A stretch of DNA of 63,067 nucleotides, the filler included, from Octopus bimaculoides (Eukaryota): assembly GCF_001194135.2 (NCBI RefSeq). It is 6 parts of 5 records of this genome, joined end to end, with 100 filler letters (N's around TTAATTAATTAA, not from the genome) between each part and the next. Parts side by side here need not be neighbours in the genome. Positions count along the whole stretch, not along the records: positions 24,644 to 39,442 come from NC_068984.1; 5 more parts are not named here. One strand, written 5' to 3'. Both the position numbers and the translations under genes were made by a program. This document shows positions 24,912 to 37,635 of the stretch, piece by piece (positions within the stretch are counted from its first letter, which is position 1; the number at the start of each line of letters is the position of its first letter). A model generated the notes under the pieces. The model ran no database searches, was not told the DNA's origin, and was given only the letters and a program-made list of their open reading frames with translations.

Positions 24912-25256
24912 GACACACACACACATGTATATAGATGGATACATATATAATATATGCGCAGTTGTTATAATAATTATTGTAATTATTAATATGAGTACTA
25001 TTATTGACGGGATAAGAATCTTGTAAGCGTGCGAGGGAACACGAAGCAGTTCTTTTGAAAGATATAGACGTCGAAGTACATAATAACGGCATCCAAATAT
25101 TGCGCTGAAAATCCCATTGCATAAAAAAATTCGAAGATGAAGGTTAGGATCCTACAGGCAACCTTAAACTTTTTCTATAGAAAATGACTTTTCAGACCTA
25201 TTAGCATGCTGTTGTTTGTGTCTTTAAATACTGCGAGGTCAACTGATCCAAAGAGA

Positions 25257-25324
<68 letters not shown>

Positions 25325-25335
25325 CATTATTATTG
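25257..25335. repeat. (TTA)n microsatellite
   Basis: Directly visible. Confidence 0.95.
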
Positions 25336-27096
25336 AGTGAGTGAGCAGTGCATGCCATCAAAGTGACACTGTGGTAAAATATACGAAGCCCAATATACCC
25401 ATCATGACTACCCGTTTGATAAGGGTACACCAGGCACATGCATCACAACCATATGTGCGCGACATGGTGATCTCATATCAAGATAAACAGCGCATGACCG
25501 CGCAGGTGTGGGCTAGTTATAATTTCCTTCAGGTGGAGTAGCCCATCCCGCTCAAAAGGTCCCTCAATAAGGTTTGTTTAAGGATGTTGAACAAAACACC
25601 CATGCTTACAAAGGTGAATTATTCAAACCCTAAAAATTCTTCTCAACACATGGCTATGATGTTCCCCACTACTTCTGCTCATGATCAGAGATGCACATAT
25701 CGTCAGCCACCAAGGGACGTGCTCAACTGGTTAAGATCAAGTAACTGACAAGCAAATCTGTGGTATTGAGCAGAACATCTGCAGGAATGTTGGACCACAA
25801 CCATTGACTGAAAGGCGACCATCTACCGAAACCACTCAAGAGCCTGAAGAAAAAAGAAAATATAATGACCCTAGAAAAAACAGCCAGAAAAATGATGTCG
25901 AAACAGAATTTGAAGACCACATATTTGCTGAGCAACACAGGAAAAATTTATCATTGAAATGAAGCAGGAAGTTCTAAATGAGCTTGCAGTTGTAGGGCAT
26001 ACAAATATGAATGATAGGGAACCACTTCATAAACTCTCAAATGTACACCAACATAAAACACAAATAAAAATTGGCAACTGCGTTGCACAAGAAATCATAC
26101 AACAACTAGAACCCGATTTTAATAAGTTAAATGAAATTATATACTTTGTTGCTAAGGTAATCGAAAGACGGTATTTAACACCCAAAAAGTCAACAATACC
26201 AAATTCGAAAAGAAAATCAAACTGGAGGAGTCGAATTGAAACTGAGATTGAATCATTGCGAAGGGAGATATAAATATTAACTGAGCTAATCTCTGGAAAT
26301 GGTGCAAGATCAAGAAAAGGCAGGAAGATTGTGAGAAAATATGGACTCTCAACAAGAGAAGAACTAATGTCAGCAAATGAAACCCTTAAACGAAAAGTTC
26401 AAGCGAAAGCTCAGAGTATACGCAGATTTGAGAAAAGAATCAAATTCTACAAGCTGACCCACAATGCTGATTCTGTAACGATGAAATTGAAACTAAAGAC
26501 CACCTAATCTCTAAATGTAGAATCTTAGCACCTGTAGAATATAAAGCAAGGCATGACAGAGTCGGCCACTAGTACGGGGACGTGGTATTAGTACAAAATC
26601 GCACAGAGTGGCGGAGTCAGAGACTAGCATAATCCCCTGGGATTTCCCTATACGAGCAGATCAGGTGCTAGAGCACAACAGACCGCACCTAGTGGTGGTC
26701 GACAAAATGCACCACATATGCTATATAGTTGATATTGTATGCCCCTTTGACCTACGAATAGCGAAGAAGGAAGGCGAAAACTTAGATAAATACATCCCTC
26801 TGAAGTACAAAATAGCCTGGCTATGAAAAATGAAGTAGGTGAAGATAGTGCCAGTTATTGTTGAGTCCTCGAGAATAGTATCAGAAGGAATCAAGGAGAC
26901 TATAAAGGAAATTGGAATAGAGTGCCCAGTAGAACTGTAACAAAAGTTTTGTCTCTTTTGCACGGCGAGAATAATCAGAAAAAGTATTAGATAGCTGAAA
27001 AGAACGGATAGTATGGCAACGTAGGCTGCAGGTAGCAAGCCCGCTACTGATGTAAAACTGTAGGAGCTCCAGTAAAACCTGTGATAAAGAGAAATA
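25336..27096 (+). mobile_element. R4/Dong-type RLE LINE with the entire RT domain deleted; the first about 440 bp may belong to a separate (-) element
   Basis: The N-terminal region reads ...LNEIIYFVAKVI...SNWRSRIETEIESLRREI...KVQAKAQSIRRFEKRIKFYK. It is fused at about 26453 to the CCHC knuckle DPQC*FCNDEIETKDHLISKCRILAPVEYKARHDRVGH. The RLE follows: WDFPIRADQVLEHNRPHLVVVDK...VDIVCPFD...KYIPLK...VPVIV...LFCTARIIRKVL. It ends in tgtgataaagagaaataata. Confidence 0.8.
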
Positions 27097-27206
27097 ATAG
27101 TAGGAGTGGATGAAGAACCTAGAGATCCTTGAGAGCAGATTGTTGTCTGCACCTCTAGAAAATTAGCTGGAGCATGTGACATCGAGATCTATCAGAAGGG
27201 AAATGT

Positions 27207-27410
27207 ACAAGAAGAAGAAGTAAACGAAGAAGAAGAAGAAGAAGAAGAAGAAGAAGAAGAAGAAGAAGAAGAAGAAGAAGAAGAAGAAGAAGAAGAAGAA
27301 GAAGAAGAAGAACAAGAAGAAGAAGAAGAAAAAGAAGAAGAAGAAGAAGATGAAGAAGAAGAACAACAACAACAACAAGGAGAAAAACAACAAGATCAAC
27401 AACAACAAAA
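27207..27410. repeat. (GAA)n polypurine tract grading into (CAA)n
   Basis: Directly visible. Confidence 0.95.
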
Positions 27411-29226
27411 ATGATTACCATTGTTGTTTATATTATTGGTATTGTTATTATTATTATTCTGTATTTAATAGTTTTCGATACAAACAAGTGCTTCTATAGA
27501 AACATCGAAATTATAAAGTCTGAAAAGAAGATGGAAATTTAGGACAAATTTATGAAAAATGCTTTGGGACAGTGAAGAGTTAAAATATAACTAAAATAAT
27601 TGATAAAAGCATTCTTCTCCGTTAGTTTGTGTTCTTATTACTCTACCAAGACATATAATTCTATATGTATATAAGTGTTACCCTTCATTTATGATCATAT
27701 AACTTTCATTACAATCCACAGGAGACAACAGTAAAATATTCCATTTTTTCTGTACTTCATTCATTGCAGATGTAATTTTTTTTATTGGTGAATCATCATG
27801 AGAATTATTTAGGGATGAAACAGTGCAGTTTATGTTGTTTTCGTCTTCAGTATTTCAATGTTTTAGAATAGTTTAGCAATACGGAAGCACAGATCAGCAG
27901 CAATCGAATGTTTGTAAAGTTGTAATTTCAGATAGCTTGTATAATTGTAATATTCAAATATACACTCATCAATACAAATATTTGAGCGAGCATGTGCGTG
28001 TGTGTGGGTATCGCATGTGTGTGAGTTGCGTGTCTGTGAGTTAGAAATTAACACACTGTGATATTGATCTACTAATTTGCAAAACCGAATGAAGATCTTC
28101 AATTGATTTTGTTGATTTCTATCATTTGAATTTGCCAAATAATTCAAATGATAGTAAATATTACGTGAATGCAAAATATATATACATTTCCAAAGCAAAT
28201 TAAATTAGACAGTGGCTGAATGCGTTATAGAAACTTAACTAAATCATTTGAAGTATATTTTTGAAAACTATTGATAGTGGTTGATCTGAAAGGAAGACTT
28301 ACACATATCAGCTGTGTAGCTTTTACTCACTTCCTCATTAAAACTTAGAAGTAAGAACTGATATCAACAATCATGACTGACTTTAAAATCACGAAGTTAT
28401 AATTTTACCATATATTATATATCCACTGTCATGTGTAGTGTTTATTTACATAACAATTAAGTGCTTCTGCGTCTATAGTCTTTATTTGGCGTATGATCTT
28501 CTGTATTCATCCACGAAATAATAATGCCAGTGCGACATTTTGAAGATATAGACTGCGAAGTAACTTATAAGTAATAAGAATAATCGTATTTTTAGATTGA
28601 CCTGACAGAGATGACATTTGACTAGGATACCCCCGAATGAATAATTGTTTTTTTTTGTTAAGGTTTGCTGAAATACATTTGGAATTTCAATGTTCCCGAG
28701 TTTTTTTTTTTTTGTTCTTTCATCCCTATTAGGTGCCCAAATATATATAATGTGTTATTGAGTGATATTCAAACAATTATACTCTCCTCTAGTCAGCATT
28801 GCATGTATAAGAGATAACTGGATTTTAATAAAGCGTATATACTTTTAAAAAGAATATATATATGATGTATGGGATGCATCACACCTCTATTGTTTACAAA
28901 CTGTATCCTTTCAACACACTCACAAGCAGACACTCTCACACACACAAGCACACACACATATGTATTATCATAGTATATGCTATATAATATACTATTTTAT
29001 ATTATACGTTATATAAATATATAAATATACACACGTATGCATATATATATATATATATATATATATNNNNNNNNNNNNNNNNNNNNNNNNNNNNNNNNNN
29101 NNNNNNNNNNNNNNNNNNNNNNNNNNNNNNNNNNNNNNNNNNNNNNNNNNNNNNNNNNNNNNNNNNNNNNNNNNNNNNNNNNNNNNNNNNNNNNNNNNNN
29201 NNNNNNNNNNNNNNNNNNNNNNNNNN

Positions 29227-29261
<35 letters not shown>

Positions 29262-29731
29262 GGTGAGTATCGTTTGTTGAATGAAGTTCAAAATGTCCTA
29301 CTTTTACATTATGATTATTCTGACTCATGTCCCTCGTTAATTTATCATTTTTACTCGAGTGTTTTTGTCTTCTTCAATTTTAATTTATTAACACGAGAAA
29401 TGCAGAAGCGCTCTAGAGCCTTTCGAGTCCGGTCGAATGTAGACATAAGTATTGTGTACCGTTCTAGTCTCACATGAGAATCATTCACCACTGAATGTCT
29501 CCATTTAATTTATTTGCCATTTCAATTTCAGAGTTCTCTAGCTTATCATATTTAAAAAATAATCCTTGACGCTAATGAGTTTTTCTTTCATTACGGATTT
29601 AATGTCCATTGATTAAAAATTTGTTTTGGCTTACCACATTAAGTATGTTAACCCAGACTTTACTATATAATCTTTAAACTGTTTCCTGCATCATATCATA
29701 CAAACAACAAACATTTTCTTTTATATTTCAG

Positions 29732-29800
29732 TGGACAATCAGTGATGTCATACCATGCGACGCATCACATGGACAAAAAATGCAGTACACCTTTAAACTG
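29732..29800 (+). CDS. Candidate internal exon (69 nt)
   Basis: Strong acceptor acattttcttttatatttcag and donor CTG|gtaacc. Two frames are open: WTISDVIPCDASHGQKMQYTFKL (phase 0-0) or GQSVMSYHATHHMDKKCSTPLN (phase 2-2). Confidence 0.5.
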
Positions 29801-30249
29801 GTAACCAGGAAATACAGTAATTATTTTATGTCATTGTTACATGAAGCCGAAATACTGAGTTTAGCGAGGGAAAATTATAAATGTATATAAACACAAATAT
29901 TGTTTCTATATTTATTCTTCCGTAATTGAGAAAATACGTTTGTAGGATTAATTACTCTAGCAACCACATGATTCAATGGTGTCGTGAACGACAGATTCAT
30001 ACAGACAATGTTTTGCATTCGATTTATATTAGAAGTTTGACTGTATATGATTATACTACTCACAACCAACTACATACACGTGCGTGCGGGAGTGCTTATG
30101 TATGTATATACATGCAATGCTTCGTGTAAATGTAAGCGAATGTTTGTTATACATGTGAATCCATGTGATTTAATATCCCCAAGTGAATGAACAATTCCGT
30201 CCAAAAGATCTATAGAAAGACTCAAAAATAATATACAACTGGCTCAGCT

Positions 30250-30372
30250 ATGAACGCTGGTAGCTCTTCTGTAATGGGAGGTGGTGGTGGAGGTGGAAGA
30301 AGTGGCAGGAAATGGAGAGTGCCTGAAGATGATACTTTGCAAATTGTGGATCCAAGGCGGGGCAAGGGTAAG
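30250..30372 (+). CDS. Candidate first coding exon, Gly-rich N-terminus
   Basis: An ATG with an in-frame stop 7 codons upstream gives MNAGSSSVMGGGGGGGRSGRKWRVPEDDTLQIVDPRRGKGK. Tandem donors G|gtaagg (30368) and AAG|gtaggt (30373). GC content is locally elevated. Confidence 0.45.
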
Positions 30373-31456
30373 GTAGGTACCGTATACTTTTGTTCGCTTG
30401 ATTTCCTCTAAATCCTTCATTTATAATTAATTTCGTATTAACATCTGTTTATCATCTGACGTCAAAAATATCTCTTGTTATATAGAAATTCAATTTTATG
30501 AGCATTTTTCTCGTATACTTTGCCGAATATATACATACAAAAATATATCAGCAAAATATATTATAATGAAACTATAGTGAATATTTTTATATAAAATTAG
30601 CAAGATAGTATTGACGTTGTTAAATTTTCGTCGAATTAAAATAATTTAATAATAGTAGAATTCCATTCTGTGTCACCAGAAATTTTAATTACTGAAAGCT
30701 ATGAATTATTAATTCATAACATAATCCTCAATCTAAAAAAAAAAGCAATGATAATTAGATCATATCTATGAAATACTTTCAGTTACTTAAAATGCCTTAG
30801 TTTTAATCCTTTGTCTGTCCATATGTGGTACACAGAAGGTATTTCTTTGGCGTCTATGCATCATATATGATACACATTCCCAATTTGTTTTCAACCACAA
30901 GACTAACTTGGAAGTTACGAAAGAAAAGTTTTATATTACTCAGGACGTATGGAAGAGGGGTTAACTGAAAATCTGAAAACAACCATGGACGTTTAAGGCA
31001 AACTTATGAAAATGCTTTGGACAGGCTAAAGAGTTAAGATTCATTTTGTTCGTATTTTCATTATTTCAATCACACAAATACCATTAGTATTATTCATATC
31101 AAAATTAAGAAATCATAAAGAAATAATCAAATTTTCATAATCATCCTAGAAAGAAAATACATAAAATATATACTTGATAAGATAATTGCAATGTGACAGA
31201 ATCAATTCCATATTGAAATCTAATTACGCTTCATATGCGACAACGATATTAACGTGTTTGAAAGAAACAGATCAATCTGATGTAGCCTATACAAAGTGAA
31301 CCTCTTAATATGTTGTATTTTGTAAAGTTGTTTGCAGAATATCAGAAATGATCTATAATGTAAAATATGCAGGTGAAATACTTCAGTACGTAAATGACCT
31401 GTTGGGGAAAACAATTCATGTATATTCGTTCTCTCAAAATAAAACAAGAAAGTACA

Positions 31457-31552
31457 ATGAGTAATCCTAGTGAAGAAGGTATATCTACATTTGTTCAGCA
31501 TATCAGCACGACTTGTAACATGGTCCATTTACATGGGAGAAAACGGGGCAAG
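31457..31552 (+). CDS. Candidate alternative first exon
   Basis: MSNPSEEGISTFVQHISTTCNMVHLHGRKRGK then AAG|gtttat, a weak donor. An earlier AAG|gtatat donor is also possible. Confidence 0.22.
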
Positions 31553-31621
31553 GTTTATCAACAAAAATATTTAGCTTAGCATAAAAATGTTCTACCTATG
31601 TGAAACATTCTTCCAGTGATG

Positions 31622-31765
31622 ATGGAGGGGCTTAAGGGCTAGAGTGTTAGGCTCATGATCATATGATCATGCGTTTAGTGCCTGGACCCAGGGAATGTTA
31701 TGTTTTTGAGCATAACATATAATTTCATGAAGCTCCAGTCTGTTCGGCTGTAATGAGTACCAGCT
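31622..31765 (+). mobile_element. Degenerate tRNA/CORE-type SINE head
   Basis: ggctagagtgttaggctcatgatc...gttatgtttttgagcataacat...gctccagtctgttcggctgtaatgagtaccagc. A similar piece lies at 51130-51220. Confidence 0.45.
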
Positions 31766-33997
31766 GGGCTCTGGTGCAGCGTTGTAGCAATCAGATTTTG
31801 GAGATTTTTTCACGTTAAGTGTAAGAGAGACAAAAGAATGCCTTAGTGTGTCTCAAACGACATAAGTACTTAAATCAATAAGCGAAAACGTCATTAATTC
31901 CTTCAGACCATATTCCCCTGCAAATGACGCTGGATACATAACACATTAAAAACAATAATATTAATGCCTCTGTTTTACATTGGATCAAAACCAGGGTTTT
32001 GTGGGAGATTCATCAATTCAACTCATTGCATAACTCCCTCAATTCTTTTTTGTTACTGATAGTATGGATGTTATTTAGCCCTACATCAGCTCTCGTGAAA
32101 AGAATTCCAACCATGACAATTCCTTTTTTTTTTTGCGTATACAATAAAACTGTCTAATATGTTTGGCTGCGCGCGTCTTCCGATCAAACAGTTTCAGACA
32201 TGACTGTCTCATGTTATTGAATACAAAGAACTACATTGTCTTTTAGTATGAATAGGTATAATTTAAGAGAGATCTAATCAAAAGGTTAAGCCTTCATTTT
32301 CTCAGTCACCACTGACCTTGAGGTGCACCACAATAAACTTAATAGAGCATTGATCTATAGAAAATTAAAGTTCACCTCAACTGTAGATGAACCGTATTTA
32401 TTTCAACGGAAATAAATGCACCTTGATGGTTATACTAATTTATAATACTAATGAAAGGAGTAGGAAACGAGTAGTAATAATAGCTTTAGTATAGAGTTTA
32501 TTATGATAGCTAGAGTTATGATTGAAATGATACTTGAGTAGATTCTTATACATGAGTGAACAGCAATAGTTTTCTTATAAGTAGGTAATTATATCTACAA
32601 TGGCATATTATATAAACAAATGAACACATAACTTATTGTAGAAAAGATTGGAGTGAAGAAAACATCATCTAGTCTGAAGAAACGTAATCTCAAGACAAAT
32701 ACTTACTAAAATAGAATGAACAAAAGTAATAAGCCGGTTATTCAGGATATGACTGTACTATAAGAAAACAAAGGATAACATATAGCAATAAAAACAAATG
32801 ACGGTAAATTGGGAAAATAATTGGATTTGTGCCTTTGTCTTTTTATATAGATATATTCTGCTGTATTCGATTGTTATCGCTTTGCTGATTTATGATGTCT
32901 TAAAACACCACAGAAATAAATAAACAATATGACGAATACAGTAGAACTATGTGAAAACAACAATATATAAGAAATTACTACTTATGGAAGACAGATAATC
33001 AGAAAAGGAATTAGTGAATGGGTTATATAGCTGGGGTGAACAAAAACTGGTACTAATACGTAACCAAGCAAAATACGACAAAGAAGTGAATAAAATCAGA
33101 GTTCTTATAATTACCAATTATGGAAATTTGTCAATTTAATGCAGCCAGAAAATGTTGACAACTTCATATTTAACTAACAGATATTATACATTATTTTTCT
33201 ATAACATCCATACATGTTACAATCCAAACATCAGATAATACTTGGGAACAACGTAATTGTAACAATTAAACTCCATTGCGTTTCCTACCAACAATTGTTT
33301 TATAAAAGGAAAGTGATAGAGTATACTAAGAGCCAGGCTAATGTAACACTTAATCCATTGGTTTCGAAGTTACGGTTCGTGGTATCATAACTCTGTAAAG
33401 CAAATTCTTTTAATTTCGAAATATTTGACACGCTGTAATGTTTTTGAATATGTTATATAATATGGGATCCAAAACAACATGTACTTAAAACATAAACGGG
33501 GAATATTCCTTCAAAGTTAAGTTTTTAATACCAATTTTGTTAATGTTTGGAAATTTCAATTACATTTATTTATTTTGATATTAGGGTGGCAGGGAATTGT
33601 TGCATTTCAGAAATGGGGTGCATAAGAAACGTTGAGGATCGTTGATTATAGTACTGTGATACTTCAAATAATATATCCATTAATCATTAATTTTCTTGTG
33701 TTGCTAAGACCCGTGTCAGCCTTGATCTAGAAGGACTATAATCAAGGCAGTTCAACCGTGCCAAATTGCGTTATTTTTTCAGACTTCATTTATCATACGA
33801 ACCTTCCGTCCTTAAAACTTTAGTGTGTGATTTTAGAGCGATTCGACTTTTATTCGTATCCGATGAAACAACTAAAAAGCAAACCCCTCGATGGTGTATT
33901 CAGTTTTGTATTTCGTTAACTATATCATTGTATTGTAGGAGTGTTAAGTCATAAAATTGGTATCCTATAGCACGCGATAGGCCTAAACCTAATTCAC

Positions 33998-34081
33998 CCT
34001 CTGTCTCGCTGATGTTGAAATAAGTAACATTGTATAGCTCATCATTAGGCTGAAAATAGTCTTGGTAGACACACGTGTGTT
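33998..34081 (-). CDS. Candidate exon (phase 1-1, 84 nt) inside a 75-codon stop-free frame
   Basis: Acceptor aaaattttacag, donor GAGG|gtgaat, and frame HTCVYQDYFQPNDELYNVTYFNISETE. The surrounding frame has four N-x-S/T sequons (NNT, NFT, NVT, NIS). Confidence 0.3.
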
Positions 34082-37067
34082 CTGTAAAATTTTCACAAGT
34101 ATTGTTCACCAGGTACGTGTATCCACATCAAGATTATCTCTCTGCAAAAAAAGATAATGGAAATCTGTCAATCTTCATAAACTTTTTCAATACATATGTC
34201 AGTTAACTGTACCTCTTCATGCACCGTTTTACTGATACATGGGCTCTATTTACAATGAGTTAGCGTGAGGTAAGTGTATTGGCCAGAAACGTCTCTTAAT
34301 CTCTAGCAGTTAAGAGATATAATCAACCTTCCTGCAGTGGATGGCACAGCAAATGCGCGTGTTAACATTAATCAATATATATGCGCGTGAAATAGAGGTG
34401 ATAAAATATAATCTATTAAGGTAATGTGACACAAATGCATAAGGTAAAATTAGATGATTTTATTTAATGGACGGATAGGCATTTATAATCATTTAATGCT
34501 AGATATATCTTAATGGTAATTTACTTCGAATCCAAATTGAAACTGTACCCTATCCTTCGAAATAATTTGCATGTCTCCTTGCCTATTCGTTTATTCTAAA
34601 GAATTATTTAAAGCTCCCAATGATGATAGTAAGATTATAACTGACCAGGCCATACTGAATTCTCCGTTGTTTGGAAGAAGGTAGACCTATGTGATCTTCT
34701 ATGGTTTTTGCGCGAAATAACAACCCGAACTGATCCTAGCAGAAGTAAAGAAATAAAAAGAACAAAAAAGAGAGAGAAGAGTGAGAGAAAGGAGAAGGAG
34801 AAGGAGAAGGAGAATGAGAGAAGAGACAGAGAGAACAAAAAAGGGAGAGAAGAGGAGAAATAGAGGAGAGAGAGAGAAATGTAGGCAGCAGACGGAAAAA
34901 CAGACAAATAGATAGACAGAGGTTTCGCCCCTAGTATATGAAAGTTAATTTGAGCTACATTCCCAGAGAAGAACTGTCGCCGACAGCCAGTCAAGAAACA
35001 GCACAGGTCCAATGATAAACGTAATTACTAAGAGTAAGTGTCTTTTCCTAGTTATATTCCACGGGCTATAAAAACATTAATTGTACAAACTCACTCGTTA
35101 GATCTATGTTAGTCATTCTGTACCACCTATTCACAAATTTACTGAAGGATAACACTTCTCTATCTGCACAACCCTTCTCTTTCAAGTAGATTTACGAAAT
35201 AAATAGGAAGGAACAGTTTACTTGTCTATCCTCAACCCTTTCAGTCGTATCCACTATGCAACCTTTTTCATGGAAGCCACGAAACTGCTTGGCTTTCTCG
35301 ACCAAAGCAACGCGTCATGGGCTCGATCATAGTCAGATCCCTTCTACAGCTCTTCGCTCGTTCATTCACGATGAACTCAGTCATATTCGGATCCCTCCTA
35401 CAGCTCCTTAATAACCAAACCACAAATTACCAATGCTACGACACTGCGCTAATCCGTACAGATTTGTTTCATCGCTCTGTGCGCATAACTGGCAACCAGG
35501 CTGACGTTAGTGTCCAGACTACAGAGTTTATCTGGAACAAACAACTCCGTTCTTGCTACATTACCACAGTGAAGCTAAGGATCTCAAGAATTTATTCTGA
35601 AATGCTCAGGATGAAAGCTTTCTGTACACCTCAGCAGTGTCTAGATTGTCTGCAAGAATTTCTTCACTCTGCTTTCACACTACACTTTTTATTCTTTTAC
35701 AAAAATCTGAAATAAAATTCCAGCGACTACATTGCCCGGCTAGTATAAAACTCTAAGCACTTGACAACATTCCTGATTCCAGATGTCCTGTTCTAGTCTT
35801 TGCTTGATTCAGGGCCAAAACTCTGTTATAGAACTGAGCTATGACTAAAAGGATACACTGACAAATAACGACCACAATACCTAACCGTCACGGAATTGCA
35901 GTACATATCTATGCATCAAACATGTGTTGTCAGAGGTTGGGCCGCTAGACCAGTGGAGGTTGGGCCGCTAGATACCACCTCCTATGCTGGAGACAACGAC
36001 AGGTCATCGACGTAGGACTAAAGTCTGCTGCAGCGAAGCTTCTAACCTTTCCTATTATGAATATTTGTATAGTGTTACTGAAAAACCAAGCACCCATGCC
36101 TAAAATAGAGAGGTAAGAATCTTTCCTCGTTGCGATTTTTTATACCACGCCTTTTGCCATCCTTGGCTTACGACTTCCATTCATCCAAATCGATAATAAT
36201 TCTCTTTAGCTCTGACGTTGCAACCGCCGTGCTTCATTTTGAAGAACTAGTCAAAATTATTCTGGCCCTTAACACGTTAGCTGGTATACACTTCTTAATC
36301 ATATCTTTTAATTTGTTGATTTACTTATGATTTATTTCCTCTATCATCACTTCTTGCTGACAATCACCCCTGACGATCTTGGAAACGATAGGCACGAGTA
36401 AAGTAGCACCAGAAGTTGAAGGGATAAAAAATGCCATGGATACACGAAAGAGGTGATGATAAAAACTGCCCTTCTCATTAAAAGAAGAATATTCCAAGAA
36501 CAACACTCATGCGTGTGTTTGCATTCTCTGTAGGTCTCTATCACGCGCTCTCTCCACCTTTAGCTTTATTTTCTGTCTGGTATTCAAATCTTTGACAGAC
36601 ATTTTAAAGAAAACTCGACTTGAATACAAATGCGATGTTTAGACAGTATACCATCTTCAGTATACGGATAATACCAAGTTCTATGCTGCAAATGATAAAA
36701 TTGGTGAAAATACTGCAGAGAATACATGGATGTACCAGAGAAATGAATATATGATGTAGATAAGAAAACTACGAAATAACAATCTTGAAAAGTGGAAAAT
36801 TAATTAATGTGTTTTTCTTTAAATAGCAAAATAGAGAAACTGTGATACGAACATTGGACCAAGCACAGATATTCAAATACTTAAACCAACTATCACAGAC
36901 CCTCCTCCCTGCTTCATTGTAGGAAGAAGGTAGTCAGGATTAAAAGCATCCCCAGGTTGCCTCCACGCATAAACTCGTCCTGCAGTGGGGTAAAGAGAAA
37001 AGCTGGACTCGATGGCGAATATTACTTGCTTCCATTGGTCTATCGACCAGCCTTTGTAATTTGTACA

Positions 37068-37635
37068 TCAGTTCAGCATTTTCTGAATGCTTTGATGAGA
37101 AAGGAGGGCTTTCCTGATGGTGGCTCTTCTATGATATTCGGCTTTATTGGGCTCACGGCGAACGGTTTTGGTCGAAACTGGGCTAGTCAGATGTTGATTG
37201 AACTCTGTAGTCACTTCAGGGCCAGTTGTCCGTTGATTTTTCATCACAATGCGATTGAACACTCGTCGGTCTCTTTTAGTGAGCTTCAAAGTCTTGCCGG
37301 ACTTACTCCTCCTGCTTCTCAAATTCAGTCATGATCCTTGATATGGTACTCTCGAAAAATCAAGGAGCTCAGCTGTTCTGGTGACGGAAGCTCCTGCCAT
37401 TCGAGCTCCAATAATTTTCACGTTTTCGAACTCAGTGAAGTCACGCATCTTAGCTTAATTTGCACTACGATCTGAAAATAGTGATAGAAATAATCATTAA
37501 ATTGGATAAATAAAACCATCAACAATACATAAAAAAACACTCACAATGAAATTTGGATGGATATTCGTAATATAATGGCTCATTGAAATATTGGAGTCAA
37601 ATTTCCACTGCTCCAATTATTTTGTTCAACTCCTG
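37068..37635 (-). mobile_element. Tc1-like transposon 5' half with TIR
   Basis: MRDFTEFENVKIIGARMAGASVTRTAELL, then SGKTLKLTKRDRRVFNRIVMKNQRTTGPEVTTEFNQHLTSPVSTKTVRREPNKAEYHRRATIRKALL (paired/HTH region). TIR TA|caggagttgaacaaaataattgg. Confidence 0.85.

Noticed and set aside
35200-35720. Possible LINE C-terminal remnant with a duplicated 20-mer (cagatcccttctacagctct / cggatccctcctacagctcc)
   Set aside because: Motif similarity is too weak to assign.
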